NCBI GenBank assembly: GCA_963847705.1
Contig: CAWKBC010000034.1
Coordinates: 128,001-192,000 of the forward strand
DNA from: an uncultured Pseudomonadota bacterium
GTDB taxonomy: Bacteria; Myxococcota_A; Polyangia; Fen-1088
Length of the DNA stretch: 64,000 nucleotides
Direction: 5' to 3'
Part shown: positions 21,796 to 33,030 of the stretch, piece by piece
Numbering within the stretch: the stretch's first letter is position 1
How the letters are laid out: each line of letters opens with the position of its first letter
Notes under the pieces: model-generated
The model's input: the letters and a program-made list of their open reading frames with translations, nothing else
Databases searched by the model: none
Told to the model about the DNA's origin: nothing
Translations under genes and position numbers: made by a program

Positions 21796-23013
21796 TCAGC
21801 CGATCGTGATGACGCCGGTCGCGCAGGTGTAGATGAACTGAAAGCCGGTGTAGGTCACGCTCTTCAGATTGCTGCAGGCGTCGCCGTTGAGGATGATGGC
21901 CGTCTTGGTCGCGTCGGTGTACGACCAGCCGTTGGTGGCGTCCTGCATGATCTCGATGGTGTTGCCCGAGGCGTCCTTGGCGGAGACCGCCACCTTGTCG
22001 AGGTTGCCGCCCACGCCGGTCAGCGGGATGGTGCAAGAGACCGTCTTGCCGACGATCTGCGCGAGCACGGTCTCGAGACCGGCCGTATCGGTGACGGAGT
22101 AGTACTGGGTCGCCGCGCCGGTCTGGGCCTCGCCGCCGTTCACCGCCATGGTGTTGAGCGCGTTGGTCGCCGCCGCGTCGGTGCTGGTCGCGATCCCCAC
22201 GACGAAGGTTGGAAACCCGGCGGTCTTGGCCGCGGCGACCGCGTTCTCGGCGCCGACCGCGTCGGTCGCCCCGGCGTTTGCAGTGCCGGTTCCAGCGGCG
22301 CAGTTGGGCTCTCCGTCGGTGGCCAAGAGGAGATACTTCGGATTCGCGTCGGTGAGCCCCTGCAGGTAGGTGACCGCGTTGTTCATGACCGCCGTCGTCG
22401 GCGTGCCGATCTGGCCGGTGAACAGCACGCCGTTGAACGCGTCCTGGATCGGCTGAGCGCTGGCGGCCGGCGTGATGTCGACGACCGGCGCCGTCGCGGC
22501 CCCACAAACGGTCGCCTCGTCGCCCAGGAAGATGAGCCCCCAGTTCACCGTGTTCTGCGTCTGTCCGACAACCTGGTTGATGGCGGTCGTCACCTGCGAC
22601 CACTTCGAGAGGGCGCCACAGTTGCCGTCTCCGGCCGCCGTCCCACCCATGCACGGTTGATCGTCCGAATTGTCGGTCATCGACAACGATCGGTCCTGAA
22701 CGATCAGGATGTCGGGCGGCAACGGCATCACCGAGACGTTCGTCTGGCCGCAGTTGGGCGTGGCGGCGTCGACCGCAATGCCGACGTCCCCGCCGCTGCC
22801 CGGTTCGCCGCCCGTGCCAACGACCACTGTTCCACCTGTGCCCTGGCCCCCGCTCCCTTTGCTCCCGGCCTCGCCTCCGCTACCGGCGCCCATTCCGCCC
22901 GAGCCGCTGGTGGGCGACCCCGCCATACCGACCTTGAACCCGCAGCCGCCCAGCAAACAGGCAACCAAACAGGAGCCAAGGAAGCCCAGAACCTCTCCTC
23001 GTCCAAGGCGCAT
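21796..23013 (-). CDS. vWA-domain lipoprotein (CglB-like adhesin family)
   Basis: Lipobox LGGC; MIDAS DRSLSM, TPT, LATDGEPNC; NGWSY C-terminal motif. Confidence 0.88.
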   Translation of the reverse strand: MRLGRGEVLGFLGSCLVACLLGGCGFKVGMAGSPTSGSGGMGAGSGGEAGSKGSGGQGTGGTVVVGTGGEPGSGGDVGIAVDAATPNCGQTNVSVMPLPPDILIVQDRSLSMTDNSDDQPCMGGTAAGDGNCGALSKWSQVTTAINQVVGQTQNTVNWGLIFLGDEATVCGAATAPVVDITPAASAQPIQDAFNGVLFTGQIGTPTTAVMNNAVTYLQGLTDANPKYLLLATDGEPNCAAGTGTANAGATDAVGAENAVAAAKTAGFPTFVVGIATSTDAAATNALNTMAVNGGEAQTGAATQYYSVTDTAGLETVLAQIVGKTVSCTIPLTGVGGNLDKVAVSAKDASGNTIEIMQDATNGWSYTDATKTAIILNGDACSNLKSVTYTGFQFIYTCATGVITIG

Positions 23014-23233
23014 TGACCGACCTCCACCTGTGGGGCGACTCGGAGCTCGATGCGGCACCGCGCTCGCGATATCAGCAGGTAAACTGACGTAGGTATATAG
23101 GCTGCGGTGGGCGCGATCTGATCACAAAAATCGCCAAAGGCAGCGCGCCACGCACGTTTCGGGCTCGTCGCGTCGGTGGCAATCAAAGACTCCAGGAATG
23201 ATTGGTGGCCGCGTCCAACGAGCAGACCGACAC

Positions 23234-23677
23234 TCAGGCATCGTCGTAGTCGACCGCCAGCACCTCCAGCTCGTCGGCGCCGCCCGGCGCTCGCACGGTC
23301 ACCTGGTCGCCGGGGCGGCGTCCGAGCAACGCGCGCGCGAGCGGCGCCAGGAAGGCGACCAGCCCCTTGCCCGGGTCGGCCTCGTCGACGCCGACGATCT
23401 GGATCTCTCGAAGCGCGCCGGCCGCGTCTCGCGTCCTCACGCGGGCGCCGAAGCGGATCTCCTGGCGATCGGATGGCGGCGGCGCGACGACGGCGGTGGC
23501 GATTCGTTGTTCCAGCTCGACGCGACGCACGCCCGGCCCGGTCGCCGCGAGGATGTCGCGCAGCTCCTGGAGACCACGGCGGGTGACGTAGTTGGGCAGA
23601 CCCTCGGGGAGCGACGGCCGATGTCGAACGACGAGCGGCTCGTCCGGGCGATCGTCCTTGGTGAAGGCCTTGCTCAC
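23234..23677 (-). CDS. GreA/GreB family protein (short coiled-coil form)
   Basis: MSKAFTKD, PNYVT..G, IVGVDEADP..G.V...APLARALLG..GD. Confidence 0.85.
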   Translation of the reverse strand: MSKAFTKDDRPDEPLVVRHRPSLPEGLPNYVTRRGLQELRDILAATGPGVRRVELEQRIATAVVAPPPSDRQEIRFGARVRTRDAAGALREIQIVGVDEADPGKGLVAFLAPLARALLGRRPGDQVTVRAPGGADELEVLAVDYDDA

Positions 23678-23881
23678 CGGCGAAGCTTACGTCGTGCGCC
23701 GCCCACCGTTCGGGCGCGCGGCGGGGCGGTCTCGGATCGTGGACGGGAGAGAGAGACGTACATGACGGGCGCCAGCGGTGTCTCTCCTACAGTTGCTCAC
23801 CATCTCGCACGCCGTTGAGCTCTGTTCGACAAAAAAATCCTCGGGCGTGATCCGCTTCGGGATACCCGGGAATGCCTGACA

Positions 23882-24955
23882 ATGAGTTATCGTCTCCTCA
23901 CTTTGCATAGGTCGATTGGTGTCTTTGCTTTTTGTTTGGCCGCGCTGGCTTTGGTGGCGTGCACCAGCCCCTCGTCCGTCGGTGGCGAAGGCGGGAGCGG
24001 TGACAACCCAACCGGCGACGGTGGATCGCCCGGAACCGGCGGAGGCGCGACCGGCGGGATCAGCGCCACCGGCGGATCGACCGGAACCGGCGGGCTGACC
24101 AGCACCGGGGGTATCACCGGCACCGGCGGCGCCAAGGGCGGCACCACGGGGACAGGCGGCCTCACCGGCACCGGCGGCACCACGGGGACAGGCGGCCTCA
24201 CCGGAACCGGCGGCGCCAAGGGCGGCACGACCGGAACCGGCGGCACCACCAGCACCGGTGGTTCGACCGGCAGCGCCGGCTCGTCGGGGACCTGCACGAC
24301 GGGGACCCTTCCGAGCGGCGGAACGATGCACACCGGAGATACGCAGGGGACCGCGGACGGTCTGACCTGGCAGCTCTGGGCGAATGGGAGCGGGGGAAGC
24401 ATCACAACCTTCAGCGTCCCCGCATTTGGTGCCGCCTGGGCCAACTCCGGCGACTTCCTGGCGCGCATCGGCCTCGAATGGGGAAACAGTGGCAAGGCCG
24501 TCTCGGCGTTGGGAACGGTCACGGCGCAATTCGCCGAGACGAAGACAGGAAACGCCGGCGGCTACTCCTATATCGGAATCTACGGCTGGTCGGTCAACCC
24601 CTGCATCGAGTGGTACATCGTCGATGACTCGTTCAACACGATGCCGGTCAATCCGGGTTCCACGACCAACAAGGGCACGGTCACCATCGATGGTGGCTCG
24701 TACATCCTCTACACGCGCGCCACCACCGGAACCGGCGGCAACCGATGCGGCAGCAGCGTCACGAGCTGGAACCAGTTTTACAGCGTCCGGAAGACGGCCC
24801 GCACCTGCGGGCAGATTTCGATCTCCGATCACTTCAGCGCCTGGAGCGCCGCGGGCATGACGCTGGGATCCGTGCTGGAAGCGAGCATCCTCATTGAGGC
24901 AGGCGGCGGGACCGGGAGCATCGCTTTCCCGACGGCAAACGTGACGGCCCAATAA
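23882..24955 (+). CDS. GH11 endo-1,4-beta-xylanase, lipoprotein with Gly/Thr linker
   Basis: Lipobox LVAC; IYGWS..PCIEWYIVD and ILIEAGGG catalytic Glu motifs; QFYSVRK; HFSAW. Confidence 0.92.
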   Translation: MSYRLLTLHRSIGVFAFCLAALALVACTSPSSVGGEGGSGDNPTGDGGSPGTGGGATGGISATGGSTGTGGLTSTGGITGTGGAKGGTTGTGGLTGTGGTTGTGGLTGTGGAKGGTTGTGGTTSTGGSTGSAGSSGTCTTGTLPSGGTMHTGDTQGTADGLTWQLWANGSGGSITTFSVPAFGAAWANSGDFLARIGLEWGNSGKAVSALGTVTAQFAETKTGNAGGYSYIGIYGWSVNPCIEWYIVDDSFNTMPVNPGSTTNKGTVTIDGGSYILYTRATTGTGGNRCGSSVTSWNQFYSVRKTARTCGQISISDHFSAWSAAGMTLGSVLEASILIEAGGGTGSIAFPTANVTAQ

Positions 24956-24985
24956 AACAGGGCGAATCGGAGGCGCGTCGCGCCT

Positions 24986-26650
24986 TCACATCCCGGCGAC
25001 GGAGAAGCCGAAGCCCTGCTCGGCGGTGATCGTCTGCGACGGGTTCGAGGGCGGGCCGGCGGGCGAGCCGTAGAACACATAGACCGCCCCGGCGCCCGGA
25101 GAGAAGTAGACGAAGTCGAAGAAGCCGTCGCCGTTGACGTCGCCGATCCCCTTGGCGCCGATGGCGACGATCGGATTGCCGTCGTTCAGGTCGCCGGGCA
25201 CGAACAGAGGAACGAAGCTGGGGCAGGCGCTCGAGGTGCAAGCGGTCTGTCCGCCGAAATACACCCGCTCGGCCTCGCGCACCCCGACCAGGGACGAGAT
25301 CATGCAGAGCACATCGCTGAAGCCGTCGCCATTGACGTCTCCGACCCCCTGATAGAAGTACTGCCCCGCCAGCGCCTGAAACGAGGTCGTCGGTCCGTCG
25401 GGGCCGCCGGTCATGATCGCGTAGGCGGCGACGTCGGCGAACCCGTCGCCGTTGAAGTCGCCGGCCAGGGCGCCGAAGCCGCTCGACAGCGCCAGCCCCG
25501 GCTGCGAGAGCAGCGTTTGCCCGTCGCCGTCGTAGAGCATCCCGCCGTTGCCGCCGGAGATGATCGCGTCGGGATGGCCGTCGCCGTTGAAGTCGGCGTT
25601 GCCGATCGGCCAGCGCGCGTCGGGCGTCGCGGCCGGCGGCGGCGCCAGCATCTCGGCCGGCGTGGTGCTCACGCCGGTCGGGCCGCCCAGGAAGAGCTCC
25701 GCCACGTTGGCGCCGCCCACCAGCAGATCGCCGTAACCGTCGCCGTTCACGTCCCCGGCGCTGAGGACCCGCATCTGGTTACCGAATACAACCTCCGGTC
25801 CGGTGAACGTCAGCGGCGACGACGGTCCGGCCGGACCGCCACGGTAGACGGTCACGGTGGCGCTTTGCAGCTCGGCCAGGCCGCCTTCGGGGCTGTTCCA
25901 GACCACGAGATCGGCGAAGCCATCGCCGTCGAGATCGCCGGCCGAGCCCGCCTCCTGGGCGGAGAAGGGAGACCCCACGAGCGTCTGGGCCGGCGTCGAC
26001 GCCAGCCCCTGAGGTCCGCCCGGGAAGACGCGCACCTGGTTGGGCGCCGGCGCCCCCGTGGTCTGGACACCCACGGCGAGATCACCGAAGCCGTCGCCGT
26101 TGAAGTCCGGCACCGAGCCCCAGCTCCCGGTGCGTCCGCTCTCCCGGGCGGGGATCGTCAGCTCCCAGACCGCCGAGGTCCGGCCGGTGGTGGTGGCGCT
26201 CGAGACGCGCCAGTAGACGACGCCTGGAGGGAGTGGCTGCGGGGGCCGCGCCGACGAGCCGGTCGCCGCGAAGGAGATGATGAGGTTCTGGCAGGCCCGA
26301 TCGCGGCAAACGTCGATCGTCGCGCCCGTGGTGGAGCTCTCCGGCAGCCAGGTGAAGAGCGGGCTCATCGACATGGAGATCGCCGTCGACAGCGGCGCGA
26401 TGAGCCGCGGCGCGGTCCGGGGAGATCCGGACCCCGAAGTGGGCGTGGCCGGTGTCGACGTCGGTGTCGGGGTCGGCGTCGGTTCTGCCGTGGATGTGGG
26501 CGTGGGCGTCGGCGTCGATGTCGGCGTCAACGTCGGCAGCTTTGGACTGGAGCCCGCCACCGGGCTGTCAGGCGTTGACTGGCCGCACGCCGAAATCCCC
26601 GCCAACGAAACGATCAGCGCCACACCCAGTGTCCGCCCGCAGCTCCCCAT
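24986..26650 (-). CDS. FG-GAP/VCBS repeat lipoprotein
   Basis: Lipobox ISAC; PT-rich linker; multiple D(F/V/L)NGDG(F/Y)xD repeats. Confidence 0.88.
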   Translation of the reverse strand: MGSCGRTLGVALIVSLAGISACGQSTPDSPVAGSSPKLPTLTPTSTPTPTPTSTAEPTPTPTPTSTPATPTSGSGSPRTAPRLIAPLSTAISMSMSPLFTWLPESSTTGATIDVCRDRACQNLIISFAATGSSARPPQPLPPGVVYWRVSSATTTGRTSAVWELTIPARESGRTGSWGSVPDFNGDGFGDLAVGVQTTGAPAPNQVRVFPGGPQGLASTPAQTLVGSPFSAQEAGSAGDLDGDGFADLVVWNSPEGGLAELQSATVTVYRGGPAGPSSPLTFTGPEVVFGNQMRVLSAGDVNGDGYGDLLVGGANVAELFLGGPTGVSTTPAEMLAPPPAATPDARWPIGNADFNGDGHPDAIISGGNGGMLYDGDGQTLLSQPGLALSSGFGALAGDFNGDGFADVAAYAIMTGGPDGPTTSFQALAGQYFYQGVGDVNGDGFSDVLCMISSLVGVREAERVYFGGQTACTSSACPSFVPLFVPGDLNDGNPIVAIGAKGIGDVNGDGFFDFVYFSPGAGAVYVFYGSPAGPPSNPSQTITAEQGFGFSVAGM

Positions 26651-26750
26651 GGTCCGTTCCCCCCTCCACCAAACTGGAACCTGAGGGCGCGACGACCTTA
26701 GTCAACCAACACTTTGCGCGGGCGGATTGGGCCTTTTTTACGGTGTATCG

Positions 26751-26996
26751 GTGATTGACGACGTTGCGCGACCCGATCGTTTCCTCGAGACGTACCTCCA
26801 CGAGCCGATGCAAAAGATCGTGGGCGACAAGCTGCGGGGCGCCGGCCAGCGTGATCCGACCGGCGTGCACGCCGCACGCGAATCGCGTCCCTCCGATTCC
26901 GGAGGATCACGTCAAGCCACAGGCTTGGCGGGCGCCGACGCTCGACGGGCCAAGTCTCCGCTGCCCCTCGCGATTCGGCTGGATGAGCTGAGCTGA
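26751..26996 (+). CDS. Possible small hypothetical protein
   Basis: ORF in an otherwise unexplained gap (IDDVARPDRFLETYLHEPMQKIVGDKL); no motif recognised. Confidence 0.3.
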   Translation: MIDDVARPDRFLETYLHEPMQKIVGDKLRGAGQRDPTGVHAARESRPSDSGGSRQATGLAGADARRAKSPLPLAIRLDELS

Positions 26997-27154
26997 CCAG
27001 AGGCTCACGAAAATGCAGGGGTGATGCAGCCTTACGCTATTTGGGACCACAGCGACCGTTCCTGGCGGGCGTGGCCGACAAGATGACGCGAGGCTGGCGC
27101 AATCGAAGCCCTGAACGGGTCGCCGTCCAGTATGGTCAGTGCCGAGCCTTCGCC

Positions 27155-27726
27155 ATGAAACCCGAAGACCGAACCGTCGTTCAGTTGCTCGCAGAGCTCA
27201 AGGTGGACGTCCCGTTCGGGGTCGAGACGGGCAAGCTCGTCGCAGGCGGCCATCCGCAGATTCTCGCTGCGGCCACCAACGCGCTCTCGCGGGACCTGAA
27301 CTACTTTGCCCAGAGCGGCACGGTGCAGTTGAGGATCACCAGACACCAGATGGAGGCACTCAGACGAAGAGGGGCTGCGGGCGGTGATGTCGGGGTCATG
27401 CGGTCCTTCACGAACGATCGAAACATCACCTTCTCGGAACGCTGCCCCGGCTGCCAACGTTGGATCCATCTCGGCCGCGCCGAGAGCGCAGGCCAGTGTT
27501 TCTGCGGCCAGAACTACCGCGTGGTCTTCGATCAGACCCCTGAGAATTGGACCCGGCCGCAAGAGATGCGGTGCATGGACTGTGGCGTCGCGTCGACGCT
27601 CCCGGCTCCTGCAGGGTCGGGTCCAAGTGGCTGGCACGCGATCAACGGACATCAGATGCAGTGCGAGGCGTGTGCCCAAAAGCGCCTGGCGGAGCGAGCT
27701 TCGGAATCACAAAGACCAGGCGTGAG

Positions 27727-27730
<4 letters not shown>
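27155..27730 (+). CDS. Hypothetical protein with four Cys pairs (two putative Zn ribbons)
   Basis: CPGC, CFC, CMDC and CEAC; its stop overlaps the GTG start of the sigma factor (GTGA); start uncertain (27083 or 27155). Confidence 0.7.
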
Positions 27731-29500
<1,770 letters not shown>

Positions 29501-29523
<23 letters not shown>

Positions 29524-29710
29524 CCAGACCGACCAGCTCCCTGGCGTCGCCACAGTTCAGGTCGAGCTCGCGGTGGAGGATCCGGGCGGCCGACTCGAGG
29601 AGCGGGGTTCGTTCTTCGAGGGGCGCGTCGTAGGCCGCACGCAACGCGTGGCGCGCGGTCAATGGAACCTGGTCAGAGTGCAGGAGGAGCGGGGCGACGG
29701 AGAAGCTCAT
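29501..29710 (-). CDS. Small hypothetical protein coupled to pirin
   Basis: ATGA overlap with the pirin stop; [20 protein letters not shown]. Confidence 0.6.
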
Positions 29711-30597
29711 GACGGTGTCCTCTCGGCGCGCTGGGCGCGCGCCACTTCGCTCATGGGGGTGAACCGGCCAGCCCGGAATTGGCGGTGGAACTCGGTGATC
29801 TCGGCGGGCGATCCGGCCACGAAGGGACCGTGCTGGACCAGCGGCTCGCCGACGGGCTCACCGGCGTAGAGCACGAGGTGCGCGCCGCTGGCGCCGGCCC
29901 GAAGTTCCAGGTCGATCGCCAGATCGGTCGAGACCGAAGGGGCCAGCCATCCGACCTGCCCCACGGCGACGCGGTCGTTCCCGACGCCGGCTTCGCCCGC
30001 GACGACGTAGAAGAATCCGTTGTAGCTGGCGGGCAGCGCCTGGTGGAACGTGGCGCCCGACGCCAGCGTGAGCTCGAGGAGGGTGACGGGGACCCGGTTG
30101 CGGGTCGGCGAGCGCAGCGCTCCCGAGGCGCCGCTGTAGAGGCGCGCCTCGACGCCGGGCCCACGAATCACCGGCGCCGCGTCCCGGCGGATGATCTCGA
30201 AGCGAGGTGCCAGCGTCCGGTCGCGGGCCGGCAGCGCGATCCAGAGCTGGAGGATGCGCGATCGACCCGAGGCCTCGATGGACTCGCTGTGGATGATGCC
30301 GCGACCGGCCGTCATCCAGACCATGTCGCCCGCCTGGAGGTCGCCCTCGTCCCGGTCGGACAGCGTCCCTTCGAGCACCAGCGTCACCGTCTCCAGCCCC
30401 GCGTGCGGGTGGGCGCCCCCGATCTGACGGCGCTGTGGAATGTCCAGGCGGTCGTCCATCAGCAGCACGAAGGGATCGCTGACCGCCAGCGCCGTGGGGG
30501 CGAGCACCTCGACCGCGGTGTGTCCCGGCCCGATGAAGCCGGCCGCGGGGGGCGGCGTCGTGATGACGGACGAGAGGCCACGGGTGGAGGATCGCAA
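29707..30597 (-). CDS. Pirin family protein
   Basis: DPFVLLMDD, HPHAGLETVT, WMTAGRGIIHSE, LQLWIALP, GPFV. True start uncertain (TTG 30597, or upstream through the repeat). Confidence 0.9.
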   Translation of the reverse strand: MRSSTRGLSSVITTPPPAAGFIGPGHTAVEVLAPTALAVSDPFVLLMDDRLDIPQRRQIGGAHPHAGLETVTLVLEGTLSDRDEGDLQAGDMVWMTAGRGIIHSESIEASGRSRILQLWIALPARDRTLAPRFEIIRRDAAPVIRGPGVEARLYSGASGALRSPTRNRVPVTLLELTLASGATFHQALPASYNGFFYVVAGEAGVGNDRVAVGQVGWLAPSVSTDLAIDLELRAGASGAHLVLYAGEPVGEPLVQHGPFVAGSPAEITEFHRQFRAGRFTPMSEVARAQRAERTPS

Positions 30598-30714
30598 CCG
30601 AGCCGGCCGCGCCGTCCGAACCGGCGGCCGAGCCGGCAGGACCGGCCGGACCGGCAGGACCGGCCGAGCCGGCAGCACCGGCCGGACCGGCCGCGCCGGC
30701 CGAACCGGCCGCGC
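30598..30714. repeat. Degenerate 9-bp tandem repeat (CCGGC(A/C)G.. units) at the pirin 5' end
   Basis: ccggcaggaccggccggaccggcaggaccggccgagccggcagcaccggccgga...; reads (RPV/RPA/LPA)n in the pirin frame. Confidence 0.8.
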
Positions 30715-30733
30715 CACTTCCCGTTTGGCTGCG

Positions 30734-30800
30734 ACTATCCATTTGATAGTGAGCTTGGGCGGGGCACTCTCCTCTGTCAAGGTACTTTCTTTTGGATAGC
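30734..30800. promoter_or_regulatory. Two putative HxlR-family operators
   Basis: ACTATC-N5-GATAGT (30734-30750, perfect inverted repeat) and ACTTTC-N5-GATAGC (30784-30800), between divergent pirin and hxlR-like genes. Confidence 0.65.
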
Positions 30801-30820
30801 TTATTGGTTACGATCTCTGG

Positions 30821-31183
30821 GTGAGCGAGACGGTTCACTCCCATTGTCGCGCCTTCCAACTCGCCCTCGAGGTGCTGGGGCGCCCCTGGAACGCGCTCAT
30901 CCTCAACGTTCTGCAGGCCGGACCGCTGCGCTACAGCCAGCTCTCCGAGGCGGCTCAGGGACCGGGAGACAAGGTCCTCTCGGCGCGTCTCAAGGAGCTG
31001 GAGACCCACGGCCTCATCGACCGCCAGGTCGCGGCCGGCCCACCGGTGCGGGTGACCTACGAGCTGACCAGCCGCGGCCGCGGGTTTGGCGACGTGGCGA
31101 TCGCGATCGAGCGCTGGGGGCGCTGCCTGGACACGGCGGGGAAGCACCGCAAGACGAACAAGCGATCAAGCACGGCGCGCTGA
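30821..31183 (+). CDS. HxlR/DUF24 winged-helix regulator with N-terminal Cys
   Basis: HC.AFQ.ALEVLGRPW..LIL; LSARLKELE..GLI; V.YELT..G. Confidence 0.9.
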   Translation: MSETVHSHCRAFQLALEVLGRPWNALILNVLQAGPLRYSQLSEAAQGPGDKVLSARLKELETHGLIDRQVAAGPPVRVTYELTSRGRGFGDVAIAIERWGRCLDTAGKHRKTNKRSSTAR

Positions 31184-31238
31184 GGCCGGCGCCCGCCGGC
31201 GCGCTCGGACGCCGTTCCCCGGGCGAACCGCAGGGCGC

Positions 31239-31982
31239 CTAGCGGGAGGCGCGCTTGCGCAGGCGCAGGTTCAGGAGCTCCACCACCAGCGAGAAGGCCA
31301 TCGCGAAGTAGACGTAGCCGCGGCTGATGTGCTGACCGAAGGCGTCGGCGGTCAAGAGGACGCCGATGAGCAGCAGGAAGGCGAGCGCCAGGATCTTGAA
31401 GCTCGCGTGGCGGGTCACGAAGTCGGCCACCACGTTGGCGAACGCCAGCATCACCCCGACCGCGATCACCATCGCCACCATCATGATCGGGATGGCGCGG
31501 GCCATTCCGACCGCGGTGATCACCGAGTCGAGGGAGAACACGACGTCGAGGGCCAGCATCTGGATCAGCGTGACCGCGAAGCCGGCCTCCTTCCCCGCGA
31601 GCGCCTGCGGCGCGCCCGCGCCGTCCAGGCCGGCGGGCGTCTGCTCGATCCGTTCGTAGAGCTCGTGGGTCGCCTTGTAGATGAGGAACAGTCCCCCCGC
31701 GAGCATCACCAGATCGCGCCCCGACAACGCGTTGCCGAACAGGTGGAAGAGCGGCCGGGTCAGCCCCATCAGCCAGGAGAGCCCGAGCAAGAGGCCGAGG
31801 CGCAGAATCAGCGCCAGGCCGATCCCGAGCCGGCGGACCAGGCTGCGGCGCGCGGGCGCCACCTTCTGCGACAGGATGGCGACCAGGAGGATGTTGTCGA
31901 TCCCGAGGACGATCTCCATCACCGCGAGGCTGGCCAGGCTCACCAGCCCCTCCCACGTCAAGAGCGGTCGAAAGTCGAGCAC
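31239..31982 (-). CDS. TerC family membrane protein
   Basis: MEIVLGIDN, GGLFLIYKAT.E, LDVVFSLDSVITAVG. Confidence 0.92.
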   Translation of the reverse strand: MLDFRPLLTWEGLVSLASLAVMEIVLGIDNILLVAILSQKVAPARRSLVRRLGIGLALILRLGLLLGLSWLMGLTRPLFHLFGNALSGRDLVMLAGGLFLIYKATHELYERIEQTPAGLDGAGAPQALAGKEAGFAVTLIQMLALDVVFSLDSVITAVGMARAIPIMMVAMVIAVGVMLAFANVVADFVTRHASFKILALAFLLLIGVLLTADAFGQHISRGYVYFAMAFSLVVELLNLRLRKRASR

Positions 31983-32061
31983 GCGCGAAGGCTAACCTTG
32001 ACCGCGCTTCCCCGCTTGCTCCCGACGTCGAGGGACCCATGCTAGGCGTCGAGGTGAAGCG

Positions 32062-32988
32062 ATGACCGATCAATCGAAGATCTTGGCGGTGGTGGGGCTC
32101 GGGCAGATGGGGCGGCAAATGGCTGCCCGCCTGGCGGCGAATGGATTTTCCTTGCGCGTCTGGAACCGCACCCGCAGTCGGGCCGACGGCCTGCCCGGGG
32201 CGACGGTCTGCACCTCACCCGAGGAGGCAGCGGCGGGCGCGTCGATCGTGCTCAGCTCGCTGGCCGACGACGCGGCGGTGCGCGAGGTGGTGCTCGGTGC
32301 CCACGGCGTCCTCGCCGGGCTCGCCCCGGCGGCGCTCCACCTCGGGACCAGCACCATCTCGGTCCGGCTGGCGCGCGAGCTGGCGGCGGCGCACGCGACC
32401 GCGGGACGCCTGTTCGTGGCGACGCCGGTGCTGGGGCGACCCGACGCCGCGGGACGCGGCGAGCTCTGGCTCCTGACCGGGGGCGATCCTGCGGCGCTCG
32501 CGCGTGCGCAGCCGGTCCTGGCCGTGCTCGGCCGCGGCCAGGTCCACCTCGGCGACGCGCCGCAGGCGATGCTCGGCAAGATCCTGGCGAACTTCATGAT
32601 CGCCGGCACCCTGGAGTTGCTTGCCGAGGCCACCGCGCTGGGAGAAAAGGGGGGCCTCCCGCCCGCCACGCTGGTCGGCATGTTCACCGACACCCTCTTC
32701 GGCTCGCCGATCGTGAAGGGCTACGGCCCCCGCCTCGCCGCCGGCCAGTACCTTCCGGCCGGCTTCACCGTACCGCTGGGCCTCAAGGATGCCGAGCTGG
32801 CGCTGGAGGCCGCGCGCGAGCTGCGGGCGCCGCTCCCGGCGGCGGCCGTCGTGCGCGATCACCTGATCGGCGCGCTGGCGCGCGGGCGCGAGAGCTGGGA
32901 CTGGTCCGCCCTGGCGACCGCGGTGCGCGAGGCGGCCGGCCTCGCCGTGGGCGACGGCACCTCGCACGCCCCGCCGCCTCGAGACTGA
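32062..32988 (+). CDS. NAD(P)-dependent beta-hydroxyacid dehydrogenase family
   Basis: VVGLGQMG, WNRT, STIS, PVLG.P..A..G.L, GLKDAELA. Confidence 0.88.
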   Translation: MTDQSKILAVVGLGQMGRQMAARLAANGFSLRVWNRTRSRADGLPGATVCTSPEEAAAGASIVLSSLADDAAVREVVLGAHGVLAGLAPAALHLGTSTISVRLARELAAAHATAGRLFVATPVLGRPDAAGRGELWLLTGGDPAALARAQPVLAVLGRGQVHLGDAPQAMLGKILANFMIAGTLELLAEATALGEKGGLPPATLVGMFTDTLFGSPIVKGYGPRLAAGQYLPAGFTVPLGLKDAELALEAARELRAPLPAAAVVRDHLIGALARGRESWDWSALATAVREAAGLAVGDGTSHAPPPRD

Positions 32989-33030
32989 GGGGGTCGCGCT
33001 GCGCGCCGAGCGCGAACAGCGCCTGCGCCG

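Noticed and set aside
21710-22654. N-terminal ~315 aa of the 1311 aa ORF, suggesting a giant kinase fusion
   Set aside because: Arg/Gly-rich shadow frame overlapping the real vWA lipoprotein gene on the same strand; recognisable domains start only near 21709.
24030-24275. Repeats resembling a CRISPR array or VNTR (accggcggc units)
   Set aside because: They encode the GTGG/TGG linker of the GH11 lipoprotein; there are no unique spacers and no cas genes.
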